Of a stretch of 64,000 nt of DNA, positions 1-18,543 are shown piece by piece (positions within the stretch are counted from its first letter, which is position 1; every line of letters begins with the position of its first letter). Under the pieces are notes generated by a model, which was not told the DNA's origin, did not search any database, and saw nothing but the letters and a program-made list of their open reading frames with translations. The stretch comes from the human T2T-CHM13v2.0 reference genome, Homo sapiens: the NCBI RefSeq assembly GCF_009914755.1, contig NC_060927.1, one strand, 5' to 3'. The position numbers were made by a program, and so were the translations under genes.

Positions 1-1339
1 AGGAGTGAAAAAAGGTTGAATCCATTGCATTGAACAGGTAATGCAAAAGCATCATTTCAATTCCAGCTTCATACTTTCCTGCCATTCAACCCTATCAACA
101 GATCCATTAATGAAAATAGTTGAGTTGGTTTTCTCCTTTTGTATTTTGTTCTCTATTCTAATGAACTATAATTTAACTACTACCCAAAGACAAGCAGCCC
201 CAGATAAAAGATAAGAAAACAGAGAAGCACAGATCATCTACATAGAAACTTGGATAAGAAAAGTTGGTTATATTCACAATGAGATAGTGTTTGATATTTA
301 CTGTAAACACAAGGAGACATGCTTTTATTTTACTTATCATCCATAGTGGCCCTTTTAGAAATTGGCATGAAAGATATCTTAGGTATCATGACATTCTAAA
401 ACTTTTATAAAAACTTTTAGACATTTTTCTCCCTTGAATGTCATCACACCAGTGAAACATTTGGAAATGATCACTCTCAAATTCTTCCCAAGGTTATGGC
501 AACTTAAATACTATGAGTGCCTAAACCATTACATAGTGGCTACATAATCTTAGCAGCAAATGGAGCAAAACACACCTAGGAGTTGTGGCTATAAGGCAAT
601 AACGTTCATTATACAAATCACCAAAATCAATCTTTACAAAATTGCAATTTGACATCAGGCAACTCTCCACAAAGGGATGCAAACACTTTGAGCTTGAACA
701 ACTCCTTCCCTCTTAAGCAGTGCTTTTAGGAAGCTTTAAAAGAGAAAGAGTAATGTCTGGACTCTGCTCACCAAAATCTGAATCTCTTGGGAATGAGGAC
801 CAGCTATTTGTATTAAAGTTGAGAATCACTGTCTAACGAAGCTAGTGGAGCTGTGGGAATGATATTATTAGAGTTCAAAAACATTTATTATATTTTTCTT
901 AACTTATAAAGGACATGTTTACACAAGCCAAATGATGTAAGTGTCAGAAGTCATAAATGAGACCCATGCTAAGAAAGTCCATGCACTGCAGTCTGTCCAA
1001 GAGAATCCTGGTGTATACCTGTTGGTTCAGTGTAATTATAAACAGCACTCCATTTTATTTCTAAAATATGAGAATTTATATGGTAACCTCATCCATGAAG
1101 CTCCCCAAGATAGCCAGCCACAAATCCTGGCTGGGCTCCTTATCTTGTTCTTATGTGATGGCAACTCGCTGTTCCTCAAGATGCTCTTCTCTATTCAATA
1201 CTCATCATTGTAAACCACCTACAGTTGACTTCCTTTTGGCTACTTTTGCAACCCAATCTAGCCTTTTTCCTTTGTCCCTGTTTCAATTACTTTCCCTCAA
1301 ATTTAGCATCTATCTCAGCTACACATTAGAAACTTCTTG

Positions 1340-1495
1340 AGAGTGGGTGGTGAGTCAGAGAGGGCTAAATATTCCAACACCCAGGCCACACTCCAGGCCA
1401 ATAAAAGTAGAATCTCTGGGGGTGGAACTTATGCATCAGCAATTTTTAAAGGTCCATAAATAATTTGCATTATAGGCAAGATTGAGCACCAATGG
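1340..1495. mobile_element. MER5-family hAT-Charlie DNA transposon fragment
   Basis: cccaggccacactccagg...tagaatctctgggggtgg...attgagcacca resembles MER5. Confidence 0.55.
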
Positions 1496-2409
1496 TGTCC
1501 ACAAGATTCCAATAAACAGCTAATGTTGCCAACCACTGAATTACATCCACTGCAGATGACAAGTGTCCCTGGATTCAGTCTATAATTCTGCTGATACCCA
1601 AACGTCTTTAGTTTCTCAACTTTATGCTAGAAAGAATCGCATATGTCAGATTCTGTAGGGAAAACATGCAAAGAGAGGCATTCACCTTACTTAAATAAAT
1701 TGTACTAATACTAACCCAATAGATCATAGGCCAGAAACTAAATAAAATAGAAAATATCAGTGCAAATCCATCCGCAGAATGACTCCATCATTCCACACTA
1801 TTTAAAGTCAGCAATAATCTCCCTCATTCCTTTTTTCTTATCCTCAACAAATCACCTTGTCCTAGGTTTTATCTTATACATACATATGACAACCCCAAAG
1901 TCATTATTTAGACAAACTAAGGCACTTTGGTCTTTAACTGTCATCAGTCAGTCCTTCTGTGTCTGTAAAGTTATGTTGGTGCATCACACAACAAAGCATG
2001 AAAACAAATGTCTCCATAAGATATGTTTGGGAGATAATGATGGTCACAGTAAAAAGCTAATCCGCCAGAGTTAGTAGTTTAGTTATTGTTACTAAGTGGC
2101 AAGGATAACATTTTAGAAACGGTACATATATTAATTGAGGGTTACTGATTATGTAGAACCCAAGCGGAGGAAAGGGACAAGACATGAAAAATCCAAAAAC
2201 TAATTGAGCTCATTTTAATTATAGCTATAAAACACAACAAAGAAATGGCAGGATCTGGAATGGGAAATAGTTGAGACAATGTCTAGATATTCTTCAGATT
2301 TTCTTGCCCCAACTCAGAGAATTAAGACATCTGGAAACTGTATTTACTTCCCCTCATTGAAGCTCTCCACACATTTTAACAAGGCATTTAATGAAAACAG
2401 TGTGAACAA

Positions 2410-2570
2410 GTTGGAAAGCATACATGGCCTTAGGTCAGATAGACTTTATTTTGAGTCTAGGTTTGGATTACATGATTAAATTAATCAAACTCAAAGAGTC
2501 TTGGTTTTTTTATCTGGAAATAGGGGTTATATTGCTTATGTCACGGAAGATGCTAGAAGAATAAAGTAAC
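2410..2570 (+). mobile_element. MIR fragment
   Basis: MIR core-like ttttttatctggaaataggggttata. Confidence 0.5.
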
Positions 2571-3185
2571 TACCTATCGTCTGTGTGCCAATCAATGCAA
2601 ACAACAATGACACAAGTAAACCACAGTTTTAGTACACAGAAGATACTCACAACTGACAGTTGAGTTTGGCTTTGCATAAATACCTGATTTGTGAGTTTGT
2701 CTTTAATCTCTGAGAAAAAAGTGCTCTGTCCGACTTCTGGACATCAGTGCAAATGCTACTTTCCTAAGCAGTATCCCATGTCTAGTATGTCTTGCTGCTT
2801 CTGTCATCACTGACTTTCTGTCCACTTCATATAAAAGTGAGTTTGAGTTTTATTCTTAAGTACAATCACACATATATTAATATTTCCATTTTAGACTTTC
2901 TGAAACATACATATATATAACCAAACTTTATAGAAAACCACATATTTGGAGTCAGTAGTGATTGTCAAACATTCCTTATTGAAGACATTGTTATAGGCTT
3001 GGTTCAGTTCCATTTGATTCAGCTCAACATAGGTTATTGTTTACTGCTCACCAAAAAGTTGTGCTTTCAAAAAGTTTATAGAATAAGTGCTCAGGACTGA
3101 GTCTGATTCTGCTGCAGAAAACTCTCCTGATTCAAAGATTAAGGATTTGAACTTGCAAAATTCCTCTTGCTTTTTGTACAAGTAG

Positions 3186-3625
<440 letters not shown>

Positions 3626-3999
3626 TAATATAATAACAAGGGAATTCAGGAGCATAAAAATGGGCAAGCTTTGGCCAGAAAATGCACAAAAGATAAATAA
3701 AGCCATAAAGCTAGTCTACAGTTTCCTAGAATAGTAAAAGAGGGAGTTACACTCTGCATACTAATGAAGCGAAGTGAGGACACCAATATTTAGACATCAT
3801 CTCCCTACTCAGGATTAAGCAGAATTTATTCAAGTCCCAGTAGACACAGATATTACCCAGGGGCTCTTTTCTTTGCAATTTTTTTTTATTCTATATCCTT
3901 TCTTTGAACAACATCAACGAGATGTAGAGCAAGAACTTTGGTACATTATAAACCTATATTTGCAGTCCAGAGACATTTCTGTGTTTTAGGAATCTAGTT

Positions 4000-4470
4000 C
4001 AAGTTGTCTTCTTGGTCTTTGATATCTCAAATCTCTCATAATTCCTATCCTGACTCTTGAGAGTACCACGACAATATTTCCTGGTACAAAATTCTCAGTC
4101 ATCTTGACTCCACCTTCTTCCTCGCCATGCATATAAGCGAGACTCCTAGATTTGATAATTCTCCCATAAAATTTCCTAAATCTGTCACATCCTCATTGTA
4201 CCCACAGTTCCTGCTCTAGCTCAATACCTCATCTTCTATTTTCAAAATATCCTACCAGGTTCTTCAGTGGTTTCCTTACCTCTGGTTTCTCCCCCAACTA
4301 ATCTACCTCTTACATGGCCACTAATTGATCTGTCAAAAATCCTAAAATTCTTATATGACATTCATTTTGATCCAAACAAATATAAATGGTTTCCTGAAGG
4401 CTTATATAATGCCATGTACTATCTGGCCTCAATTCACCTATCTAGGCCTCATCTCCCGTCCGACCAGAAA
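4000..4470. mobile_element. L2 fragment, continued at ~7190-7480 after the L1 insertion
   Basis: Pyrimidine-rich L2-like text (tcatcttgactccaccttcttcctc...). Confidence 0.5.
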
Positions 4471-4515
4471 ATCATGTGTATTTCAGTCATGGCATTTTCT
4501 TTTAAGTTCTTATAT

Positions 4516-7221
<2,706 letters not shown>

Positions 7222-7549
7222 CTACTTTTTGTGGTAAACACCATCATATTCTTAAAGACCCCTCCCAAATCTCGCATTCTTTATAAGGCCTTCTCTGTGA
7301 GTTGCAGGTGGTTTTTCAACCTGTCCCATATATTCCCATATAATCACCCCTATAAGGGAGCCATCACCCTACAAGATAATTATTTGTTTATGTGCCTGGC
7401 TCCTCCACTAAAGCTACTTCTGAATATGGGCTGCATCTTATCCATCTTTGTGCTTCTGACCTCCACCACCAACAAACAAGGCATAGCAGACAGCCTGGTA
7501 TTGAGTAGCATGCCATACACATCTGTAGACTGAAAAGCAATTTAGCACG

Positions 7550-7978
7550 TGTACAAGTTGGGCTCTCCAAGAAGCAGACCTGGAGAGAGATCCTAGTACA
7601 TAGGTATTTATTAAGGTGTGCCTTTGAGACCAGTACCTGTGGATGGGAAGAATAGAAATCAGGAGTGGGCAGAGGGAAAAGTTAAGCTGTGATGTAGGCC
7701 CAGTGACAAGCCACTGACACTTCTATGGGGAGCTGTAAATAGACCTTTGGCATTGTCCCAAGTTGGGCCAATATGGCCAGGCCTTTACAGGCTCACACAT
7801 CATTTATTGCTTGTGGGCCACTCCAGGAAGGTGCATGACTTTGGGTAAGGAGGCTCTCTGGAGCTGAGGTAATCCCTGAAAGGACTAACAGCTGAAGATT
7901 GTCTGCTGAGAATACTGCCGAAGACTAAGGCAACAAATTCTTCCACATACAGGATCTGGATGGCACATCACAGTGCCC
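7550..7978 (-). mobile_element. Old ERVL solo LTR (LTR16/LTR33-like)
   Basis: ttgggctctccaagaagcagac...tttatt...gggcagagggaaaagttaagctgtgatg pattern. Confidence 0.55.
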
Positions 7979-8011
7979 AAAATAAAGGCTGAACTTATTT
8001 AGTTATAATCT

Positions 8012-8507
8012 GATCAGTTAGGAATTGCAATCAGCTGAGAGTGAGAGAGTCTCCCACAACAGTGATGCAAACTCATCACAGGCTTTTTCTTTTAACAGGA
8101 ATTCCGGAGCAAGGAAGTTATTGGCATTCGTTTAGTGTACCACAATGCTAGGGCTGAGGCCTCCGGGATCCTCTGGGCCTTTTTCATGGTTGAAAAATGA
8201 CAGTGGCAGCTTCATTCCTTGTGCCCAGTTCCAGAGAGGAGGAATGAGAAAGGAGCAAGAAGAAAAGGCTGACATCTATGGGAAGCCAAACTTTTTCAGG
8301 AATCCCCTGCTCAGGTTTGCTCAGGCTTGTTTGACATCTTACTGGTAAGAGCACCATTGCATGGCCAGCCCTAGATTCAAGGGAGGCTGAAAACTGTAAT
8401 TTTACAGCTGAATACTACTGCCTCTCTCTCATATGCCCTCAATGCAGAATTCTTTCAGTGAAAAAATAAACAATGGAATCGGGTAGGCACTAGAAATTTC
8501 TGCTACA
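8012..8507 (-). mobile_element. MLT1-family (J/K/L-like) MaLR LTR
   Basis: tcagttagga...catggccagccctagattcaagggaggctg...tctgctaca. Confidence 0.6.
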
Positions 8508-9499
8508 TAAACTCAGGCTGAAGAATCCAGGTTCAAAAGAAAAATAAGTGACATGTAAAAAGATCAGATAACATGGAAACAGGGAAGATTCATAAGGTAA
8601 TTGCTGTTGTGTAAAGTGACTATTTCTCACTTAGCACAGCAAAATTACGCGAATTAATAAAGTCTGCCAGAGGAGATTAAGGAAAGACAAAGGCATACAA
8701 CCTGACACAACAGAGAACACGTTGCTGGGACAAAGAATCAAAGTCATCTTAAATTAAAGAGGGCACAGAAGAGAATAACAGAGAAAAGGCCAAAACAGGA
8801 ATAAGACACCACCTGGCATTAAAACAAAACACCAAGCATAAAACACAAAGACTGCAACTACTAGTGAGCAGCAGTCCTTAGAAATTCAGGTGAGAAGTCA
8901 AAAAGGCAGCTGGTGGGGCTGCAAGTGTGTTAAAAGTTTGTTGCCAGTGTTCATAAAAGAAGTTAAAGGTTACATTTTGAAGATAGAAATAGGTTTCCCT
9001 AATGTGGGGAAAGAGGTGTAAAGAGGGCTGTGACACACAGGAGGAACTGCCTTCCCTCACCCGCTCTTTGGGGCACAGCTGTTCGGAGCAGGTCAGAAAA
9101 GCTAAGTTGACAAAAAACATCAGGAGGTGATAAAGTGAGAACCCTGGATCCAGAATGCAGCAAACAAAGAATGAACAAAAAGTTAAACAGATTTTAAGAA
9201 TTAGATAAGAATTAAATCAAGGTATAGCCAAAGAGTGGCCAATATTAATTCTATGATTAAGAAGGAAAGGACACAGAGGCAATGTTGAATGAGCCACTGT
9301 GAATTTTAACTCCAGTCCTGAAGGAAGGCATGCGGGTGGGGGGTCTCCTTGAGAGGTCAATTCGTCCAGCCCTCCATGCAAATGCCAGTCCCTTGTGTTC
9401 TCAGAAAATGCTAGTAACTTTCCTACCACAACTGCCTTTGATAGTTTAATTATCCCTCATACTATAATTTTTATTTGAGGGAGGTAGGGCACATGCAAT

Positions 9500-9635
9500 G
9501 GACAGGATATTGAATATTCTGCCAAGGGTGCTGAGTTTTAATTCTGGTTCTGCCACTAACCAATTTTACAGCCTTGGAAAAATAACATCCTCTCTTTTGA
9601 CCGCATTTCCTCATCTGTAAAATGAAAGAGATGAA
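9500..9635 (+). mobile_element. MIR
   Basis: ttctgccactaac...tttcctcatctgtaaaatg core. Confidence 0.7.
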
Positions 9636-11579
9636 CCATCTCTCTCTTGGTCCTCTTCATCCTCTACGTTGATGGATAATGAATGATGTGTTTTCCTCAC
9701 AATAATCCTTCATAAGACAGATCTCAACAATAACTCACCAGAATGACACTTTACCTAATAATTGCTGTTTGAGAAATGGACAACCCTAGTTCCTTCAATC
9801 TTTAATTTTTCTGCATTTCTACCCATAAAATATAGTAGTAATGATATTCTAATAATGAAAACTGCCAAAAATACAGGATTTAACAACTTGTAAAGTTTAT
9901 TTGTATAAATCTTCTCACTTGATAGTCACAATATTCAGATGATGGAGGTAGCAAAGATTTGTTAATTGTCCCCTGATGTCATTTCTTTTGTCTTAAATAG
10001 GTCCCTCATTTTTTATCTTGACCCATGGCCACCTGAAGTAAAGCCTATCTTTCCCAGCCCCCTACCACAGTTAGGCGTGACACCTCTCTACGTTCTGGCA
10101 GAAGCACCGTTACAATTTTCAGAAAGGCCCTTAAAGAGAGGCAGGCATGCATATCTTTCCTCCTTCCTTTTTCTTTCTGGCTGAAATGCAGACTGACACG
10201 TGGAGCTCATGTAGATCTTGAACCACAGGGTAGAACTGCACGTGGAGAATGGCGAAGCAAAAGGATAAAGAACCTTGATTCCTAGTGACTCCATGCATCT
10301 GCTTTAGCAGGCTCTGGAATTCTTTAATATGTGAAAAAAATAAATTTATGTTTGGTTTCAATAACTAATGCTTTTATTTACTTCACTTGCAGCCCAAATA
10401 AATTCTAACTGACACAATTATAGAAATTATTACTTTTATTTTACAGATTTAATAATTTGCTGAAAATTTCAATGGGGCTAAAATTTGAACATAGGGCACT
10501 TCTGACACCTAAGCCCAACACACTTCCTACTTCTCTCTAAATAGATAATAGTAACCATTGGCAGGTGTAAGCTGAAAGACAAACCCTAATGGAACATCCA
10601 TCAGTGATTAGAACATCGCAGGAGTAGCTCATGTTGTCCTCCACATAGAAAAACATTCCTATGACAAATTAGAGTGAACGACCGTCTCTTTAGAATTGAG
10701 TAGATATTGGACACCACCTCTGTAAAGGACTCATATTCTCCCCAAAGTATCTAAGTAAGAACTAGGAGGAAATCAGAATGCAGTATCAGAAATGTTAGGC
10801 AAATGATCAAAAAGTACCACGTTACCAAGGTTGCTGTGAGGTGCATTTCAAAGCCTTTAAGAAATAAGCCAAGACTTCAAGGGGAATTTTTTAGGAAATA
10901 GAAAAAGAAGTCCTTATTTCTCCTCCCACACCCCATTCTCTCAACCCCTCCATATCAGCTCTAGTTCTTTTGGTTTTTGTCTGTTTTCATTTTTTTAAAC
11001 ACCTGGACAAATCTTATCACTTCCAGAAAATGAAGGGATGGGGAACTCAACCTTGCTTCTCACTGTGCTGAGTGAGCCCCCAGACTCCACATTGTTGGCT
11101 TAGCTTGTAGTGTTGTGCTCTGACAGCCCTTAGCAGCTGAAGCATAAAGAATAGAAATAATATTTCAGGATTTTATTAGGACTATTAATTTTTTTCTCTT
11201 GTAGATAAAACTCTTCAATATTTCTAACAGTAATACTATTATCTTAGTATATGAATGGCACCTATGATGCTCAAAACAGCTGTGATAGCCCATTCACTAT
11301 GAACAGCAGAGATGGCTGAAGCCCATTAGTTAGCTCAGCTTTTCATAACTTAAGAAAAACCTGCCAGCCATGTATCCCTCACTTCTACATATTTTATAAT
11401 AATGGAACATTTTTAGATAAAATCATAAATAAAAGATGCTGCTGAGTTTTTGAACAATGCATTATATGTTTTGTATTTTATTTTGACTTTATTTTTTCAC
11501 AGCACAATCATAACTACATAGATGATTACAGTTGTATGTTCGGAGAAAAAGAGGAGAGAGAAGACTAAGACTCATAGGA

Positions 11580-12290
11580 AAGAATCCTGCTTTTATTAAT
11601 CATTCATACATATTTTCATTTATGTTTTGAAAGCCAACAACATACCAGGCTGTCTGTTTGGCACTGTAAGTACCACAAAAGCATAATACAATAGGCCTTT
11701 CTCTCATGGGGCCTGTAGCTTGAAGGTGAATACAGATAATTAATAATTAAAGAGTAAAATATGCCATTGTCTACAACATGAGACATACAAGGGAACATAT
11801 TTAGGGTTCCTTAATTTTGTTAAGAAGGAAGGAAGAGCAACATTTTGTTGTGGGTAGATAGGGAAGGTTCCTCAAGGAAATGACAGCTAAGCTATGACTT
11901 GGGGATGATAAAAAGAGGGACCTCAGAAGAACACACAGCATGGGCAACTTTCCAGGAGCCTCTTAGTGGAATCACAACAGGATACAATCCTAGGGCTCAC
12001 ATGGCTGCCTTACCCAAAACAGGCAAAACACTTCCACTTATTAATAATTTGTTTATCCACTCAGTTATGAAATATTCACTCAGCATCTAATTTTTGCCAC
12101 ACACTGTGCTAAAATTTTAGAGTTAAAAGGATGACTAAGATATGGTTCCTACCCTCAAGGAGCAACCGGTCTTGTCGACAGAAGCCATACTTACACAGAT
12201 TTACGATATGAGGGCTTTAGCTGCTAATAATCAGGCACAAAGAGGGCACAATGTGGTCATTAAAAGACAAGTGGTTACAATTTTGAGGTG
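11580..12290. mobile_element. L2 3' fragments
   Basis: tcattcat...ccaggc..., cctaccctcaaggagc, gggaaggttcctcaaggaaatgacagctaagct motifs. Confidence 0.55.
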
Positions 12291-13740
12291 AGAGGACAAG
12301 AAGTTAGTGGGTGAGGGGATCAAAGAACAGGGAAAGGAAGTCAAGGAGAAAAGTCCAATAAACTCTGCATAAACAAGTACACAGCAGGGCTACACCACTT
12401 CTTTCTCCCCTTCTCCTTCCTCCTTTTCTTTTCTCCCCCTCCTCTTCCCCTCCTTCTTTTATAAACAGCCAACTTCCAAACTTCATTAGTTTTGTTGGGA
12501 CATATTGTTCCCCCGAAACCAGCTTCTTTTAGATGTTCTGAGAAAGGATGCTAATTAATGATGGTGCTACCAGAAGGTTTCTATTTGGAATTCATTAGAC
12601 TCAGGATAGCAGATAGCACACTAAGCCACATTAGAGACGCACATAGAGCCACTGTCTGGTGGGGGAGTGGATAGTAAGATTACTCAGCCTGAAGAAGAGA
12701 AGGCTGGAAGGTAATTCAATAATTGTCTTCTAGGTGAACACAAGCTTTTGTTGAACATCCTCCATGAAGAGGTCCTACTGATGTTTAGTGTGATAAGGGG
12801 TGGGGAAAGACAATAGTTTGGGAAACCAGTTATTAAGCCACTTTAGTAGTCCATGGAGAAAGTTCCAAGAGTTCAGAGTAGGGGGAAAAGAGATATGAAG
12901 GAATGAATGAAGAAAACACATTGCAGAGGTATAAAGTAATCCCTGGATGAAATAAGAAGGGTAAAGGAGAAAGAACTAGAAACAGAAAAACATTTATGAC
13001 TATCTCTTCCAAGCTGATGGTGGCCAACGGTCTTACAATTCCATCAACTGAAGATGGAACAGGAGAATGACTTCCTGTGCCCTGGAAGGTAATCTTGGTT
13101 AAAAGATAAGAATCAGTGGGATTTGCCCTGATAAGAAGAGTTGCTGGAAATTGAAATAAGATATTCTAAGGATGACTGAGGAGTCTTCTTGGAGATCTTT
13201 GAGAATAGGGCTGTCTTATCAGATTTCAGCACCGAGAATGCTCTTCAGAATGCTGAAAACAGCTAGCTGAGCAGAGTTGCTGACATCTTAACATCTTTTT
13301 CCTCAGCTTTTTATGCTCACACCCTGGAAGCATGCGCTATCCTGCTTCATTGGGGAATGAAGTGTATCAACATTTTCTGTGGGTCCAGATAGAGCAGGAA
13401 GTAGGAGAACAGTGGGTGAACTAGTCTCAAAATAACATACCCTCATTTCTCTCAACAGTAATATCTTCAGTCTGACCGATACCAACTTCGGTTTTCTTGT
13501 GGAAAAAATAAGGATGTGGTAAGTTCAGACCCTTAACATTCGAGAAAACCAAACATAATGAGCTACTGGTAATCTTCTAGATATAAATCCACCTATTACC
13601 TCTGGAACTATGACTGACTTTACCTTGTACCTGAAATTATCTTCTCTTTTTCATTGACCAGCTCCTCCTGGGCATTCAGAATCCAGCAGGAACACTATCG
13701 CCTCTATGAACCCCATACCAGCCCAGGCTAAGTAAGATGC

Positions 13741-14845
13741 TGTGGTAGATTACATTTTCCAAAGATGGCTACACCAAGATATATCCTGCCCCACATATCC
13801 TTCTTATACCATGACACTGACACGTCTCCATCAAGAGATGAGATCCTTGTTCCCCTACCTTGACCTGGGTGGACCTTTGTAACTGCCTCAAACAACAGTG
13901 TGACAGAAGTGCATGACCTCTCAGATGTATTTGTCGGGGTTTTCCAGAGAAACAGAATCAATAGGATGTATGCGTGTGTATGCATGTGTGTGCGTGTGTG
14001 TGTGTGTAGAGAGAGAGAGAGAAACAGAGAGAAAGAAGGAGAGAGAGAGAGATTTATTATAAGGAATTAGCTCACATGATTATGGAGACTGGCAGTTCAC
14101 AAGATTTGCAAGGGTGAGTCAGTGAAGCTAGAGACCCAGGAGAGCCAATGGTATAGGTTCAGTCTGACGACCAGCTGGTCCAAGAACCAGGAGGACTCAA
14201 TGTTTCAGTTCAAGTCCAAAGGCAGGATAAAGCTTATGTCCCAGTTTGAAGGCAGTTAGGCAGGAGAAATTCTCTTTTACCTGGGTGAGGGTCAGCCTGT
14301 TTGTTCTACTCAGAACTTCAGCTGTTGGATAAGGTCCACCCACTTTAGGAAGGGCAGTCTGCTTTACTCAGTCTACCAACTTAAATGTTAATCTCATCCA
14401 AAAATACTCTTCTAGAAATAATCAGTCACCCTGTGACCTAGTCAAGTTGACACATAAAATTGAACATCACGTAAGACTAAGTATAAAAAGCAGTATGACT
14501 TCTGTCTGGTTCTCTCTGTCTCTCTCTTTATCTCTCGGGATAATTGACTTGGGAACCCAAACACCATGTTGTGAGGAAGTTCAGGCCATATGAAAAGGCC
14601 ATGTCAAGATATTCTGGGAAACACCTTTAGCTAGGCCCCCAGTTAATATGTCACACATGTGAGTGAATGACCCTTCCAATAATTTCGTCCCTCAGCCTTC
14701 AAATTTTCTAGCAAAGACTCCAGATATCATGTAGACAAACTAACCTTTATGTGCCCTGTCTTAATTCTTCACCCACAGAAAATGTGAGCAATAATACATG
14801 ATTTTTCTTGCTTCAGGCCGCTAAGGTTTGAGGTAAAGTTTTGCA
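13741..14845 (+). mobile_element. MLT1 (E/G/H-like) solo LTR interrupted by an MLT2 LTR
   Basis: Starts tgtggtag...ccaaagatggct; resumes after 14471 and ends ...ggtaatagaaaataaata. Confidence 0.7.
13926..14471 (-). mobile_element. MLT2 (HERVL) solo LTR, MLT2B-like
   Basis: tgtatttgtcggggtttccagagaaacaga...ttgacacataaaattgaacatcac; internal (TG)n/(AG)n; 5-bp TSD tcaga/taaga. Confidence 0.8.
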
Positions 14846-15871
14846 CGGTAATAGAAAATAAATAGTGATACCATCTTACATGGTCCTACATATCAACTTT
14901 TAATGAAAAGATAGCTCTTATCACACTATGTCATCATTCCATTTACTTTAACTATTGCAAGATTGGGAATTCTCAGATGGCTAGGACCATGCCATCTCAA
15001 CCTTTTCTCTTTGTTTTCCCAGTCCCAAGGGTGAACAGTGCTTTCTGGAGTTGCTCTTATTTGCCTTTTCACATCCTTAATTCCTAGTGAATGATTCTTT
15101 ATATTAAATTATCTCTCTTAAAATAATGTGTGGTTTCTTTCTTCTGACTAGACCCTGATTGATATGGTGGGGATGGAAATTATTACTGTGGCAAAGCTGG
15201 GCTCTGAGATTTGGCCAGAGAAACCTGAATTACTTCCCTCCCTCTTCTTAGATTTGATTACTTATCTGAATATTCTGATCTTTGAGATCAAGCTCTACCC
15301 CACTGGCTCTATAACTAGATCTTGAGACCACTCTGAGGCATCTGGTGTTCTTGAGACTTTATTTAGAGAAGATAAAATTCTGTCGTATGAGAAACACTTC
15401 GTTTAGCACATCTTTTTGCCTAGTTCATGTTCACAAATATCTATGAAACCCTGACTTCCAGGATATGTGCTGAAAATTCAGTAATGACTAATGCCCAGTC
15501 CCTGCCCCTGAGAAGTCCACTCTCTAGAAGGATGACTGACCCATAAATGGACCTTATCACTCTCACAGTGTGATAAGAGATGCATTGAGCCCCAGGACAG
15601 CGGGAAAGTGGTAGTACATCCTGTGTACCTTCTCCCTGGCTCCTTGGCTTCCTCTTTCACTACCTGTCCTCTTGTCTCCTTTCTCAGGCCATTCCTGAGA
15701 GAACAGCTGTGGGAAGAGGAGTGGAAAACTAGATAACCTTCCCCTCCACCTCCAAATAATTTTTGTCTATCTATGATTCAACCTCCACAGTAAAGTGTTT
15801 GTTCAATGTGGAATGTGCCATTTGAACATTTCATCTCAATTTTAAAACTATTTCAGTGCCTTGGGGTCTGA

Positions 15872-16233
<362 letters not shown>

Positions 16234-17055
16234 CTACCACATACCAGGCACTGGGCCAAACACGAGGAATAAAAATGGGGAATGAGATACAGCCCAGGCC
16301 TGAAAACTCTCTCTGTTGGTTGTATGACCCTGGTAAAATCACAAGGTCTCTAAGTTTTGGTTTCTTTACTAGAAATGAAGGTAACACCACTGACTTCACA
16401 ACTTTGCTGTAGAGATTAAATGAATTTATGTATCTGAACATTCTGCAGATAAATTGGGCTGAATTTAAAATAAAATGATGCTACTTCATATTCATTGTTA
16501 TATTTAATATATTCACTTCATTTAAAAACCTGTTTCACTGAAATCATTTAATTACAACTTCATGGTAAAAAAATGAAATTTAAACATTCACATCTGGAGT
16601 TCCTTGTGACAATGGGAAACGTTGGAAAAAACTGTGGCTTAAAGTCAAATTAAACATTAAAAAAGGAAAATCACGTGTATATTATTGATGAATATTTCTC
16701 ACATACCTATCTACATCTCAGACCCCAAATCTCCACAGAATGTAAGATCTCTACACTGACATTTAAAGCCTTTGCAATCTGGCCTTGACTAAGGAGATTT
16801 GATAACATGATACCCTTTAATTGTCACAATAAATCTATGAAATAGGCAATACTCCTGTTGTACAAACCAGAGATCTGTAGGCTGAGATACTGAGCAACTT
16901 CCCTAGCCCCACTCAATGTGTAAGTAAAATATCTGGGATTTCATCTTTAAATTTTAAACTCTGAAATCCATGAGTTTTCTTTATAGCATGAGGCATTTGT
17001 CACAGAAGGCACTAAATAGATACATTATCACTTAAAAAAAAAAGACTAAATCTTT

Positions 17056-17650
17056 CAACCATTGTGGAAGTCAGTGTGGCGATTCCTCAGGGATCTAGAA
17101 CTAGAAATTCCATTTGACCCAGCCATCCCATTACTGGGTATATACTCAAAGGATTATAAAACAAAACATGCTGCTATAAAGACACATGCACATGTATGTT
17201 TATTGTGGCACTGTTCACAATAGCAAAGACTTGGAACCAACCCAAATGTCCAACAATGATAGACTGGATTAAGAAAATGTGGCACATATACACCATGGAA
17301 TACTATGCAGCCATAAAAAATGATGAGTTCATGTCCTTTGTAGGGACATGGATGAAGCTGGAAACCATCATTCTCAGCAAACTATCGCAAGGACAAAAAA
17401 CCAAACACCGCATGTTCTCACTCATAGGTGGGAATTGAACAATGTGAACACATGGACACAAGAAGGGGAACATCACACACCCAGGCCTGTCCTGGGGTGG
17501 GGGGAGGGGGGAGGGATAGCATTAGGAGATATACCTAATGTTAAATGACGAGTGAATGGGTGCAGCAGCACACCAACATGGCACATGTATACATATGTAA
17601 CAAACCTGCATGTTGTGCACATGTACCCTAAAACTTAAAGTATAATAAAA
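17056..17650 (+). mobile_element. L1PA4-like 3' end (~600 bp)
   Basis: ORF2 C-terminus plus 3'UTR with G-rich tract; TSD AAAAGACTAAATCTTT at 17040-17055 and 17651-17666. Confidence 0.95.
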
Positions 17651-17903
17651 AAAAGACTAAATCTTTGGGGTGTTGTACAAAGACAATCTGTTTAAGAAAC
17701 CAATTTGCCATTTGTCATTAGAAATTTCATAGGGCTTTTACAAACTTAAACAGTTTCTTAGGTTTTTGTTGGTTGGAATTTTCATTGTAAATACTCAGTG
17801 CAGTTAAAATAGAAATGAGCCATCTTTCTAGAGGTAAAGAAGTTCCCATATTTACCAATAACAAAAACACATAATATTTATCTAGTTTATAAAAAAACTA
17901 CAA

Positions 17904-18054
17904 GGTCAGGTGTGGTGGCACACGCCTGTAGTCCCAGCTACTCAGAAGACTGAGGCACGAGAATCGCTTGAACCCAGGAGGCGGAGGTTACAGTGAGCCG
18001 AGATGGCACCCCTGCACTCCAGTCTGGGCAACAGAGCAAGACTCGGTCTCAAAA

Positions 18055-18085
<31 letters not shown>

Positions 18086-18087
18086 AT
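17904..18087 (+). mobile_element. Alu right-arm monomer or 5'-truncated AluS with (TAAA)n tail
   Basis: Right arm only; (TAAA)n at ~18052-18087. Confidence 0.88.
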
Positions 18088-18164
18088 ACGAATACAACCA
18101 AATGAAAGGCATGCTCTTTATTTTTTGTGAGAATGTTTTATTATTATGAGACATTCTTTTTCTC

Positions 18165-18543
<379 letters not shown>

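Noticed and set aside
941-2074. ORFs of 90-104 aa near the window start
   Set aside because: No recognisable domains, some GTG starts, lengths expected by chance.
13225-13233. TTCAGCACC, REST/RE1 left half-site (similar at ~38553)
   Set aside because: No properly spaced GGACAG right half; expected by chance in 64 kb.
17494-17514. G-quadruplex-forming tract
   Set aside because: Standard L1 3'UTR feature.
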